DNA of 62,922 bases, filler included, from Reticulomyxa filosa (Eukaryota; Protista; Foraminifera): NCBI GenBank assembly GCA_000512085.1. It is 17 parts of 17 records of this genome, joined end to end, with 100 filler letters (N's around TTAATTAATTAA, not from the genome) between each part and the next. Parts side by side here need not be neighbours in the genome. Positions count along the whole stretch, not along the records: positions 27,873 to 45,030 come from ASPP01005403.1; positions 45,131 to 46,514 come from ASPP01004457.1; positions 46,615 to 48,246 come from ASPP01027343.1; positions 48,347 to 50,724 come from ASPP01008669.1; 13 more parts are not named here. The stretch is one strand, 5' to 3'. The notes beneath the pieces were generated by a model. It was not told the DNA's origin. It did not search any database and worked only from the letters and a program-made list of their open reading frames with translations. Shown here one piece after another: positions 37,933 through 50,580 of the stretch (its first letter is position 1; every line of letters starts with the position of its first letter). The translations under genes were made by a program, and so were the position numbers.

Positions 37933-39968
37933 TCAATTTGCATTTGCATTATATAAGCTTTGCAATAATCCAACTGCGTTCGGCTTAAATGTTTGAAAAC
38001 ATATTGGACAGACAGCTTTGAGTAAGTGTCCTGAATACTCATTTGCCTTTGAATATTTGCCACACTTTGGACACTGATAGCCCAAAGTCTGCAATCCGGT
38101 TGGCAGATACTTTAAAGCAGCTTTTGCTTGTTCAATGGTATAAGCTTCGTACTCTTTCTTTTCGCATTCTTCAAGGTCATCTAGTGTCCAGAAAACGTCA
38201 AAAAACTTCATTTGTAGCACTTGTCCATCTTTGACACGGAAGAATCCACAGTCAGCCCATGTGTCCCCCCAGGAGTTCATAAAGCGCAAATGTTCGAGCT
38301 CACATGCGATTAAAACCACGGCATGACCACATAGTTTGAATGGGGGAAGGGTCATTTTGATATCATCTGCAGTGAGAATGCCCTTTTTATGCGTTACGAA
38401 AAATTTTTTAAATTTTTCCCATTGCTCGCTGTACAAATGAAATGTAGCAACTACAGGTCTCCTTTGCATGATTGCCTTCCTTGCACCTGCTTCGTCCACC
38501 TCTTGGAACTGAAGACGGTACTTTGGGCAATACGTAGTCAGTACGTCTTTTATAAATGCGCCATTCCATCCATATTCTTTGATTATAGCTTCACGCAACT
38601 CATTAAATTCCGGAACGCCTCCCTTGCGAAACTTGATTCGTGCCATTGCCAAACGAAGAACGGTGGCTACGGCATTGGCATAGCAAGTGCCTCCCTCTTG
38701 GTTTGGGGATTGCTGGGAGGAAATAGCCGCGTTGATATCGGCGTCCAACGAAATCTGTCCAATCATGTCAAACAGAGCGTCGCTATGTTCGGCAATGTGT
38801 CGAACGAGACTGCAAAACTCGTGAATCACGTCCGGATGATTAGTCTGCACGAACAAGCGACTCTGTCCGGATGGAGCCAGTTCCCAGTTCTGCTTCAATA
38901 ACAGGGAAAGAGCGGGGAGGGTGTTAGAAACGGTTGAACTTATGGCAAACATTTGGCGTGTTGCTCATACCATTTTTCATCTTCTTTGTCATACAGTATT
39001 TTTGGTTTTAGAGTCTGCTCTTCCGTCAGCAAACAAGATATTATAGTCACCCCACTGTTACGTATACTTTTTGCCAAAGGAACAGGGTCACCATCCGTTG
39101 CATCCCCATCCGAAATAATCAGCAATACTTTGATTTGTCCTTCTTTTGAATGCACTTCAAACATTTTTTGGGTAAATCTCAACGTCTCACACATTGGAGT
39201 TTGACCGTAAATGTATGGGTTAATATCAGCTAACAATTTTCGCAGCTGCTCAGAAGAGAAAGGCTTTGAAAATGATCCATAGCGAAGGGATAGCTTATCA
39301 ATGACAGCTATAACTTCTTCTCGTGACCTCGCTTTTTTTTTTTGGTCCCACAATAAAGAGTCTTGTGCCATTTTCACAATTTTGCTCGCAATTCTCTTTT
39401 CTTCGCTTTTAGGAACCACCACCTTTGTAGCTACGCTTAATACTCCGTATTTGCAAGCGTACGGCAATTCTTGAATCACCTTTGGCAACGAGTCACTCCG
39501 TTTTGCAAAATTTACAAATAAAAATCCTGCGTCTTCTTCTGATAGGTGCTCTTGAATGTACTGACGGCAATAGGGAGCACCGCCCTCAATTACCATTTGT
39601 ATTAGTGGCTCATGTCCAACAATGCGATGCATTTGAGAGTTATCGCATCTTTTAATGTATGAACTCACATTTTTGATGTTGTACTTGGCCAATAAGGAAC
39701 GACACGTATTTATATCACATACTGGCTCCAAACAATCAAGCAAAGTAATTAAATCGCAAAATCGAACTTCTTCATTCACTAATCCAAAAGCCAATGCAAA
39801 CATCTTCTCGTCTGCGCGACGAAAGCTATTGTCTTCTTTAATCAAGTCGAAGATTGTATTAAATACTGTCTGTGCACGAGTTACCTCTTCTTTGTCAAAC
39901 TTTACTGCGTCCAGATTCAATTTGCTTTTCATTGAACCGGACACATCCATCAACACACCTGTTATCAT
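37933..39968 (-). CDS. vWA domain + papain-like (C1) cysteine protease + C-terminal Zn ribbon; intronless, split by a 1-nt frameshift at ~38965
   Basis: MIDAS elements DVSGS, YGQTPM and IISDGDATD. Protease elements NQEGGTCYANA (oxyanion Q, catalytic C), GHAVVL (H) and MNSWGDTWADCGFF (N). C-terminal CPKC...CPIC. Adding one base at TATGA^GCA joins the ORFs as WYEATRQMF. Confidence 0.85.
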
Positions 39969-42462
39969 TTTTAACTTCTTTACAACAGAACAAAAAGCTA
40001 AAAAATTTCACTTTGTTTAAACGAAGAAACAACAGTCTCAAACTCACGCCCCGTACTTTTCAATTAAACAAGTTTGGAGTTCTGTTATCGTTTGAAAATT
40101 TAATAGGTAATGATTGCAAAATTTGCAAAAATGATGTGAAAAATACAATATGTTAAACTTTTGATCTGCATATTTACAGCAATCCTATGTTTTAACTAAG
40201 CGGAAATAGTACAAAGCTCACTTGTTTATCTCAAGTACAAATTTTAATAAAATTTTTATTCAAAAGTTTCTATACTTGCAAGTTTAACAAATTCATTATC
40301 TAGAAATGACAGAAACAGTACAAAACTTCAGAAGGATTCGTTCACTGTCCTGACTGTTCAGTTTTTTATGACAAATCAAGACATATAATCCCTTCATTGC
40401 AAGGTGTTCCAACTTGGTTATTGAACTAAAAATACAAGTTTTAAAACTCTTTTGCTATTGATTTTTTTAAAGAGAAATTCCAACAGTGGAAAGACGTCCA
40501 AAACAAACTAGTACAGCACAAACAAATTTGAGCTGTCTAAACTTTTGTTTTCAAACTACTAGCAAAAGATATAATATATTCATATCAATTAGTAAGTGCT
40601 TTTCGTTTTCATTTATCGGATTTAAAAAAGAATTTTGATAATGATGGCAAATACTCGTTTTAGATACATTTTTCGAATGAAAATGCAGTAAGGTTGTTTG
40701 GAAACAGTATAACCATTTACAAAATTATAGAGACAAATTATGACCATATCGAAAAAGAGAAAGATATAAAAGACTTGCCCTTGTGATGGTCCAAAAAACT
40801 AAAAGATATTTTCCTTAAGTTCGTATCTTGGCAAAGTTTTTACATCATGTTTTAAAAAATGGTAAAAAAACGTTTCTAGGAAAACAGTTGTATCATCGAA
40901 AAGCTTTCTTACTCCAAAAACTTGGGCTGCTTCTTAAACTTTTAATCAAAATTGGAGTTGGACAAAAAGATATATCTTGCATTGTTGATTAATCCATAAA
41001 AACACTGAAACCACATAAACACAATTCATTTTCAAAAAAATATTTGCTGAAAAGGGAAAACATAAATAAAAGATAGTTCGGAGAAAGTATTAAAACTGTC
41101 TTATTTTTAGATTTGTATAATAAGTCCATTCCTGTGTTGTAATTATTGATTCTTTGAAAATAAAAACACAACAAATTAATTGAATTCATTTTTCCTTTAA
41201 ACTAAATCACGACCAAATAATTATTCTATCTTAGGTCATTATAATTGTTTTTGTCAAACCATTTTCCAAAATTGCGTTTAAGTCGACAGGTTTGTCAAAT
41301 TTTGTTTGAAAAATTTGAAATTACAATTTCAAAACTGACAAGTTCTTGTCTGTGTTTCTTCTTGCGACCAACAGCTTGTTTGCTTTTTCGGAAATGAAAT
41401 TTTTTATATCAGTAAGCACCTGTGATAAATTGAGTGGTATGTTCTCGTTTTTTTAGTGATGTCTGCCAAGAGTGCTTTGTACCTTTGTTTATAGTCTTTG
41501 TGTACCTGAAGCAAGTGCCTTTCACTACCGGTTGTTGGCAGCACTTGCGTGGTCAGTGATTGTAATACATTAGCAACACCAATTCCAGGGCCTTATATCT
41601 TTTTCTTATTGTTTGTTTTGCTGCTTTCGTTGCTTATTTAATTTTTTAGTTTTTACTAAAAAAAAAAAAATCATTCATCATCGAGATAAACTTTTGAAAA
41701 AAAAGGTTTATTTTGAAGGAAGGCAAGCACAGAACAACTAGATACTACAACATCTAGCATTATCTGAAAGAATTTTGAAGTTAATCTTCGATTATTAACA
41801 ACGATTTTTGCTTCATCAAGATTGTGGCGAAAACAGAAACAAAGAAAAAGATACAAAGAAAATAATTTTAAACTACTAAAAAAATTTTTTTAACTAGTAA
41901 AATTTTTTTTATCGTGATAAAAAATCTTTTTACTAGTTGAAAATTTCAGATATCTGATTTTGCGATTTTGCGCGATCAGATATATATAAGATGATAACAC
42001 CCAAAAGAACAGTCGATTAATAAGAAAGAATGTCGAACAAAATTGAGACAATTTTCTATTAAATAAGCCTAAATGACAATATAAACATTCACATTCTTTT
42101 CTTTAATAATAAGTGTTTAAATTTTATTTTTTGTTTTAGTTTGCTTTAATTTTGTTAAAAGATTTGAATTGAATCTCAACATTTCACTTAGATTCAACAC
42201 TTCGAAAACAAGGTTAATATGATTCAGTTAGCATTGGCATTGCTCCTGTAATTCACACTGGCCATTCAACAGTGAATAGCCAATTTTGTTTTCACAACTG
42301 TTGACTGATCTCGACGTACATCATTTGATATTTATTTGTTTTTTTTTATATTTTAAAGATTAAATTAAAACTTAAAATTTTTTTTTCACTTGCTGTTGTT
42401 AATTGTATGTGAGTTTTTGATATGTTTTGTTGATCTTTTCCTTTTTTTGTTTGTTTTTATTA

Positions 42463-42540
42463 TAGTACTGTGTTCCTTTTGGGACGAAGTGCTAATTTTA
42501 ACTTGAATAAGATCTCAATCTTGCTAAGAAAAAAAAAATT
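42463..42540. repeat. ~75-bp conserved element, copy 2
   Basis: Aligns with 35502-35575 in the same orientation. Confidence 0.85.
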
Positions 42541-42772
42541 CGTTTTTACTGAAATCGTATACATACACGTTTAAGATATTATAAAATTTATAAGATTCTT
42601 TTTGCCTGTTGCAAATTAACTCTCTTATTAGCTTTTATTCTTGCGTTCAGAGCGCTTGTTCCTAAAATGAAACTCATTTAAAGTGTTAAACTTTTTTTAA
42701 AAACCGTTTTTCACAAAAGGAGTGGGTCTTGGAAGCATTTTTTTTAAAGAAAACAAACTGAATAGCAAAAAA

Positions 42773-44788
42773 ATGCGATCATATAACGTGGTTGGACTAG
42801 TGTCAGCGCTGGAACTAAGCTTGAGTTGGTCACTTGGAGTATTAGCAATGTATTGGATATATCAAGCGCACCAAGTACGTGGTTTGCCAGCTATCGAAAA
42901 ACGGCATTATCTGGCGCAATTTGTGTTAAACATCTGTCTAGCTGGTGTGCTGTTTTTCAGTGTGCCATTCAGTTTAATTGCGTCCGCATTGATATTTGAA
43001 GAGAACAAATTGAGCGATCGCGATATTTCTCAATATCACCCCACCACAAAAGCAGCCATTCTTATATGGGATATTTCCTTTTCAATTTGTTGCTATGGTG
43101 TTTTGACTTTTTTTCCAGTCAGGACATGGTTGTTGTTACGTATAATTCTTTCCAAAAAAAAAAAAAAATTCTCTATAAAATAGTAGTTAAAAACTCCGTT
43201 CTCCCCTTTGGCTATTTTTTTAAAAAAATAATAATGGGACACGACAGATATTACCATTTGAAACAAAGTCAACATTTGTCACACGGCGAATGGGTTGGTT
43301 ACATTAACCAACACCAAGTCGAAGTCTATCGGCTGTCCAACTTCTTTGAAAAATATAAGAAAACGTTTGGCAACGAGAAGTGGCTGGTATCACGAGTGGT
43401 TGCTCCTCAGTTTTTGATTGAATGCATTTGCGAGTTTATGCTGGATTTTGTCATCAAGCCCATTTGGCTACAATACATTTTCAGAACCCTCACGCTTGCT
43501 ATCTCTACAACTATCGTTTCTGTCGTTTGGTTTGTATGTAAACACTTTTTTTTTTTTTTTGCACACGTATACTTGCTTATTTTGAGCGTACGCACATACG
43601 TATACACACACATATATATAAATATATTTATATGTATGTATGTATATAAATGTAAGGTTTAAAATGCCGTCCTATGTAGACACGATATTTTTGAAACGCG
43701 AAATAAAATGGCTACTGTACTTGATATTGATAGTGTTTATTTCATATACAATGTATACCATATGTGTGATAATGGATCCGCAGTTCCGACGTCTGCCACG
43801 GTTTGGATATTTGGCAATATTCGATCCGATATTTAGTGTGTTGGGTTTTGTTGCGATAATGGTAAGCACATACGGAGTGCTGAGATGGACCCACTTACTG
43901 GAGTTCATCAAGCAGTACCGCAGTTCGATTGGACGCAGCAACAGGTCCTTGCTCACAGCCAGGTACGACACGTTGAGGAAGCGAGAGATACGGCAAAGTG
44001 AGTGCAGAGATAGGAGTCAGGGACATACTATCGACCAGTACAAGCTATTGACCCTCCGAGAAATTTTGAGTGCAAAGAATGGCTTGGAGTTGTTTATGAA
44101 TTTTTTGTTCCAGGAATTTTCTTATGAAAACTTACTTGGTTAAAAATTAATTTTTTTTTTTTTTTTTTTTTTTAAACTTTGTCTTTTTTTTCTTTTTGTT
44201 AAAAAAAAAGGTCTTATCGAATTCGCTCAGTTTCGCAATTTCCTATTGTCCGTACAAATGAAAGAGTTACAAGCCATAGGGGCGATGGCAACATTAGAAA
44301 ATGTTCCAAAAAGTGGTACTCTTGGCGCCGGCTTGGAAGAAAAGAACGAAGATAAAGCCGACCTTAAACAATTGACTATGATCGTCTCAGTCGACATGCC
44401 CATGACCGTCCACTCGGATGACAAAATCATATCGTCTCGTATTTCTCTCGACAGCTCAGTATTTCATATCGACTTGCCGCTTGACATAGTGCAGTCCGAA
44501 ATCGTGTTCGATAACACGCTCACGCCTAATACCAAGTTCAAGCTGCTTGTGGAAAAGTACATTCTCAACAACGGCAGGTTCACGTTAAACGTGTCTGATC
44601 AAAACAGACTCCATCTCATTCGACTTTACACGCAAGTGATACGTCCATGTCACACGCACGTACAAGTCGATGTCGATCACTGCGTCTTTGATGCATGTTC
44701 CTTGGAGCTTTACGCGTTAATGCATGATAACTTTTCTCGCTTCAAACAGTCGGATGTCTATATCAAGTATTGCAAAAGTGTTCAATGA
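42773..44788 (+). CDS. 7TM-RGS protein (receptor-like TM domain fused to an RGS domain), 4 exons
   Basis: About seven hydrophobic helices lie in exons 1-3. RGS motifs are LTLREILSAKNGLELFMNFLFQEFSYENLL|GLIEFAQFR and LVEKYILNNGRFTLNVS...VFDACSLELYALMHDNFSRFKQS. Introns ~43135-43247, ~43533-43656 and 44139-44210. Confidence 0.85.
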
Positions 44789-45414
44789 CTCACGCTATGC
44801 AATATTCAAACAACTTACTTTCACAAAATCAATCGGCTTTTTTATTTCTGCCCAATACTGTCATTGAATGTAGGTTGACATATATTTTGTTACTCGTTTA
44901 TGTAGAAATAAAAATTGCAAATATTTTAATTCAATGTACAAGCCTTTGTCGGTTAACAAAGTTGTATTATTCGAAATTGTTTTGCACATTTTGCTGAAAA
45001 GATCGCCAGTCGTTAAGGGAAGTGTTTTTTNNNNNNNNNNNNNNNNNNNNNNNNNNNNNNNNNNNNNNNNNNNNTTAATTAATTAANNNNNNNNNNNNNN
45101 NNNNNNNNNNNNNNNNNNNNNNNNNNNNNNACATTTAATAGTCAATACATGCTATTAATCTTTTGATATTACTCAGGCGTTCTGGAGAAATTAAACTTAA
45201 TTAGCTGTTTATATTATGATGTGCTGATTTTAAAAGTAAGCGCACATCTTTCTTGTTGTTCAATAAATATATTCTTAGGCCCAAAGAAAGTGTTTACGTT
45301 GTTGTGAGAAGCCTTCCTACGCCCCGTTTTTTTCTCTTAACTCTGATAAATTAAGGCATTGAATCAAGCATCTACCCTCACATACTAAACAAAACAAAAA
45401 GATCCTAGAACGAT

Positions 45415-45541
45415 ATGTCTTCCAGTCCAACTTTTCAGTTCAAATTGGTGTTGTTAGGTGACACATCAGTCGGCAAATCAAGTATAGTCATTCGCTTTGT
45501 AAAAGGCCAATTTTCGGAATTTCAGGAGTCGACCATTGGAG
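45415..45541 (+). CDS. RAB5: Rab5-family small GTPase, first exon only
   Basis: [42 protein letters not shown] followed by a GT donor. Too short for the ORF track. Confidence 0.85.
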
Positions 45542-46167
45542 GTTAATGTCCATTGACTCTCTTTTCTTCCTTTTTTTTTCCTGCCTTGTGTCTTAAAATT
45601 CAAACGCAGGCAAAACAAACAAAAAAAGCCAATAATTTTATCAATCATTTTTTTTTTTACAAACCCAACAATCTTGGCCTAAAAAAATTAAAACTAAACC
45701 AAAGTTATTGATTGTTTTTATTTGTCTAATTTGTAATTATTAATAATTTGATATATTTTGAATATGATCTAGATATCATGAATTTGTGTAGAAATCGATA
45801 ACTTTTTTTTTTTTGAATGTGTTGATAAAATCAACTGCATGAATTATTTTTTTTCAGATAAAATAATAAGTAACTTATAAGTAATTCACTATATAGAGTA
45901 GTGAGATTGAGCAAGGAGATATGTGTTTGTCAAAATCACATTGAGAGCGCAGATTAATGTGAAGCAGTTGTAAGAAGTCCTGGTCTAGAACAAGGTACCT
46001 CAGAAATTATTTTTTAAAATAAGCAAAAGACCTTACCAAGTAACCAAAACAAAATTAGCTCATCGATTCAAGCATTGCTCAAATTAAATTTGGATTTCTT
46101 CAAGTAAAGATTGAAGGATTTTGGCTTATCTTTAAATCGACTTTTAAGAACAGATTTTCCCAAAAAA

Positions 46168-46435
46168 ATGTCTAAGGAAGACACCAAAGAGACTGAATTT
46201 GAAAGTTTAAAATCGTTGGATTGCGATAAAGTTATAGAAAAATTGTTGGGTGTGAGGCAAGAGCGACCGGGCACTTTGGTTGAATTGGATGAAAGCGAAA
46301 TTGACACACTGTGTCAGCAATCGAGAGATATATTCATCAAACAACCAGTATTTTTGGAATTGGAGCCTCCAATCAAAATTGTCGGTGATATCCATGGCCA
46401 GTACTATGACCTCCTTCGTTTGTTTGAGTACTCTG
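46168..46435 (+). CDS. PP1: Protein phosphatase 1 (PPP family) catalytic subunit, first exon
   Basis: [13 protein letters not shown]...[41 protein letters not shown], then a GTGAG donor at 46436. Confidence 0.9.
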
Positions 46436-46470
46436 GTGAGTTGTTTATATCTTCATTATCATCACCATTA

Positions 46471-46502
<32 letters not shown>

Positions 46503-46789
46503 AGGGGTTAAAAANNNNNNNNNNNNNNNNNNNNNNNNNNNNNNNNNNNNNNNNNNNNTTAATTAATTAANNNNNNNNNNNNNNNNNNNNNNNNNNNNNN
46601 NNNNNNNNNNNNNNAATTAAAATAATAATAATAACAATAATAGTTTTTGGCAATATCAAAATTTGTAATACATGGTGAGCTTCAAGAACCAGTGTTGCAA
46701 CAAAAAAGCAAAGGTTTGTATAAAATCTTTTTTTTTATTTCAATTCAATTAAATAAATAAATAACAATTAACACATTTACAATAACACA

Positions 46790-47830
46790 ATAGTTGTTTG
46801 CATTTCAACACAATTAAAAATACAACAATAAACACTGGAACACTACATAAAGGATCGCTGTCATTTGCTTATTCATGCGATTTTAATACCAATGGCGTTT
46901 GCAATCGATTGGGCATGAACAAAGGAGCGGATACGTGGCAAAGTCCAGCATTGTGTGGACACATTCTTGTGCTGTATTCGTCTTTTGCCGCAGACAGCAA
47001 GCCTGCTCGTTGTGTTAAAGATCCAAAGGAATTGCCATGGTTTGTCATTTACTTTAAAAATATCAATATTATTCCCGCTAATTACCCATTGAAGTTTTGA
47101 CTACTTTTATTTGTTTTTTTTTGTATGTCGTACAATGAATAATTAATTAAATAATTTTATATATATATAAAAAGATACTTCATTATATTTGATAACGAAT
47201 TCTTGCAAAATTGGAAATTTAAAGCAAGTGATGGTAGCACGGATGATGTGAATGGGCAATATGTGGCTCTTATTACTAACAACAACGACCAGTCGCCGAG
47301 TCGAAAGGGTGCGACGCATACATGGACAATCACATATCACATTGTAATGAATCAAACTTTCAGCAATTTCGATTGTTCAAATTTGGCCCCAATTCGAATT
47401 CACATCACTATTTACAATGTCATGGACTCTGAATTTATAGTTCAATTGTATCTGGAGCCAATACACAGGCGAAGATGATGGTCCCGAAGGCAACAAACGC
47501 ATATTCAAGTATTCGAAATGAATGAACTTTAATGGTTTATTTTACTTTTTTGGCACAAATGGAGGATAGAGACAATGGACCAACCCCCGTCGGTTTGCGA
47601 TTAGTCAATGTGGGCGCATTATCTTTCATGTGCGATTGTGCGCCGTTATCTGCTTTATGTGGGCACTCTTCGGTGAGATGTGTGACCAAGCCTCACCAGA
47701 AGTCATGGATGAGCATTGCGTTTTTGTGTATTGGAAGGAGTGGAGATAGAGTGTCATGGATCCACATGCGACAACATGCAAACAGCAAAGCATTGAGCAA
47801 AGCGGGATGCATACAAATGGCCTGGCAGAA
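46790..47830 (+). pseudogene. Decayed tandem HECTD1/SUN-like discoidin (galactose-binding-like) domains
   Basis: FAYSCDFNTNGV...TWQSPA, PWFVIYFKNINIIPANY, LQNWKFKASDG...NNDQSPSRKGATHTW and FRLFKFGPNSNSHHYL. A second copy begins FNGLFYF...GG*RQWTNP...KSWMSIAF. Multiple frameshifts and stops. Confidence 0.65.
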
Positions 47831-48414
47831 ATATCAACAACAATTGGGTATAACTTATACATGTATAAATAAATATTGTATCTGTACATATACAAATGCA
47901 TATATATATGTATATAGTGTGTAATATTTGTTTATTAAATTGTCTTTTTACACAAATACATAGACCAAAGTATTTGACATGCTCGGGTGCTCCTCCACCA
48001 ATGGTACCGCTAATCATATAGTGCCAAAAATCGCCGAAGAAAAATCATCGGAACAAAGAAAAAATGACGCTATTCCTAGTGGCGATTCATTGACTGACGA
48101 CGGCGCAAGAGCATTGAGAGGAACCAGTCCCCGAAAGGGGTTTAAATGGTTTGTAATTTATTTATTTATTTATTTTTAATATATTAAATTTTGATTTGTT
48201 TTATAATATAGCAACAAGTATCCAAAGAAAAAAAAAATGTTAACCCNNNNNNNNNNNNNNNNNNNNNNNNNNNNNNNNNNNNNNNNNNNNTTAATTAATT
48301 AANNNNNNNNNNNNNNNNNNNNNNNNNNNNNNNNNNNNNNNNNNNNCATACCCTTCTTTCTTACACAAACATATACACACACACACACACACTCTCTTTC
48401 TTTCTCATCCTAAC

Positions 48415-50580
48415 GTAACAGCAAACGTTTTGAATAAGTCTTTGCGGAATAAATGGAATCGCATTTGGTAAGGACATCTTCCAGTTCTTTGTGATTTCCC
48501 TCTTTGGAGAAGAAGTTGATAAGCTCAGTGATCGGTACCACTGCAGCGTAGCGAACATCGGCCATTCTATCATCACACAGCTGAAAGGCTAAAGGCACGA
48601 TATGCTCCACTACTTGAGTCGATTTGTACAGCGGGCAGATTTCATCCAATTGTCTGTTCACAAACAACCACAAAACAACGCAAATAGTGTTGTGTAGCGA
48701 CAATTATGGTTTTCATTGGACTCAACTCTGCCAACAAACATCGGAATCTCCAATTCACATCTGATTCAGATGCAAGTTGCCACAATGTGTTTAAATGCTC
48801 TTCTCGCTTTTGATCACCAAACACGCGCAAGATCTTGGAGAAATTGCTTAAAATACTTCCGCGAATCTGTGATATAGCAAAAGATACAACAGACAGTACA
48901 TATATGTACACAAGCAGAATGCCACCGCTTTAGGCCATTTGTATAGACAAAAAAAAAAAAAAAACACTAACGTCATCCACGTCCTTCAAAAAGAATTCAA
49001 TTGCTGGCATCAAATACTTTTCCGTCAATTCCGTACCCAAAATGGAACATATTTCGTGAACCGAACACGCCAAAGTTTTTCGTGATTTAAACGACTTTCG
49101 CACCAAAGTGTTGTACGTTTCATTCAGCTCTTCCCAGCGCTCTTTGCCCAAGGCCAACGCCACTCCTGGGAAATTGAATGCACAGTGGTTCACGCAGTCG
49201 GCGTCCACTTCTGCGCTCGAGAGGTTGGGGATATTGGTGTAGTATTTCAAAAACTGCGTACTTACTTGATCCGATCGCAAAGTAGAGATAAATGGACCCA
49301 ATTGTTCGTACGCGCCATTTCGTACCCAACGAGAGCTCTTTAACATCCAACAACATCATAACATACACACGTACACAATTTATCCCCTTTGGGTTTAATA
49401 TTGCATATGCTTCAATAAAAGACCCAGAAAACAATCAAGTAAGTTCACATAAAAAAAAAAAGGGAGAGACAAAACGTCGTTTAAAAATTGTTCCATTATT
49501 GAAACAAGTGAGCCCCTCGATTCTTGGTGTATCGAATTAGCAACATTTACAAAGCTTTCAACACATCCTTTTCGTACGCTCCAAATGGTATCTTGGCAAA
49601 GCGTTTTAAAGACAGGAAGCTGTTTGTTAATATTATTTTTTTATAAAAATTGACTAAATAAAATGATTTGTGTGTTTATGTACATTAATATAAAGTTACA
49701 TACATATATGTATATCTATATACATATATATAATATGTTACCTCAATGTATATGAATATATGGCACACAAAAACAATTCAAATGGACCATTTGACCATAA
49801 TATATCAGTCAAAGTACATACCAAGGTTTTTTCAGCATCGTCTGCTCCCAATTGCTCACAAATTGGTCCAAAGTATTGCACAGTGACCTGTTTGTGGAAC
49901 AATATAAATGAAATATAAAAAACTGATTACAAAAAAAAAAAAAAAAAGAACCAAACTTTTCGAACGCGAAAAGAATTATCCTGACTTAAAGCATGTAAAT
50001 CCAAAGACAAATAATTTTTGCAAATGGAATAACCAACAATCGGTGCCAATTCTGCCAATAGCTGTAATGTGCAATATATTGTGTAATATATATGTATGTG
50101 TTTCCTTTCTCAATTGTGGCATACGGAAAACAATAAGGAATTGAGAGTGAAGCAGAGCGAGGAAAAAAAAATTTTTAAAAAAAATACGTAAACGGGAAGA
50201 GCGGTAATTTTTTGATCATCTGTGTCATCATGGGCCATATGCAAGACAATTTTAAGTACATTGTCATACACTTCTTCTTTGGTTAAAAGTTCGGCGATCA
50301 GTATCAAAGACGCTCCAGCGGCTTGTCTGACTTCCATGGCATCACGTAACATTTCTTTGAGCAAAGGCAGGAGATCATTGATAATCAATTCGTGTGCCTC
50401 TTTGCTGTCTTTCGTTGCCTCAATTAAATACTTGCTGTACACGCCAAGCTGTTCGGCACACGTCTGTCGAATCACCATTTCTTTGTCGCTGGCAACATTA
50501 CGAATGTGAGTCAACAACGAAAATGCTGCTTTTGAACCAAACAACGTGCACGCCGACGCCAATCTTTTTACTGCTACCAA
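48415..50580 (-). CDS. PPP4R1: Ser/Thr phosphatase 4 regulatory subunit 1 (HEAT repeats), partial, multi-exon
   Basis: SRWVRNGAYEQLGPFIST, HCAFNFPGVALALGKERW, RKTLACSVHEICSILG...FLKDVDD, NWRFRCLLAE and LCDDRMADVR match PPP4R1-type motifs. Confidence 0.8.

Noticed and set aside
22102-46435. Functional clustering or operon-like linkage across the window (e.g. cysK near gnd; PP1 near PPP4R1)
   Set aside because: The genes lie on different contigs joined artificially, so adjacency across spacers has no meaning.
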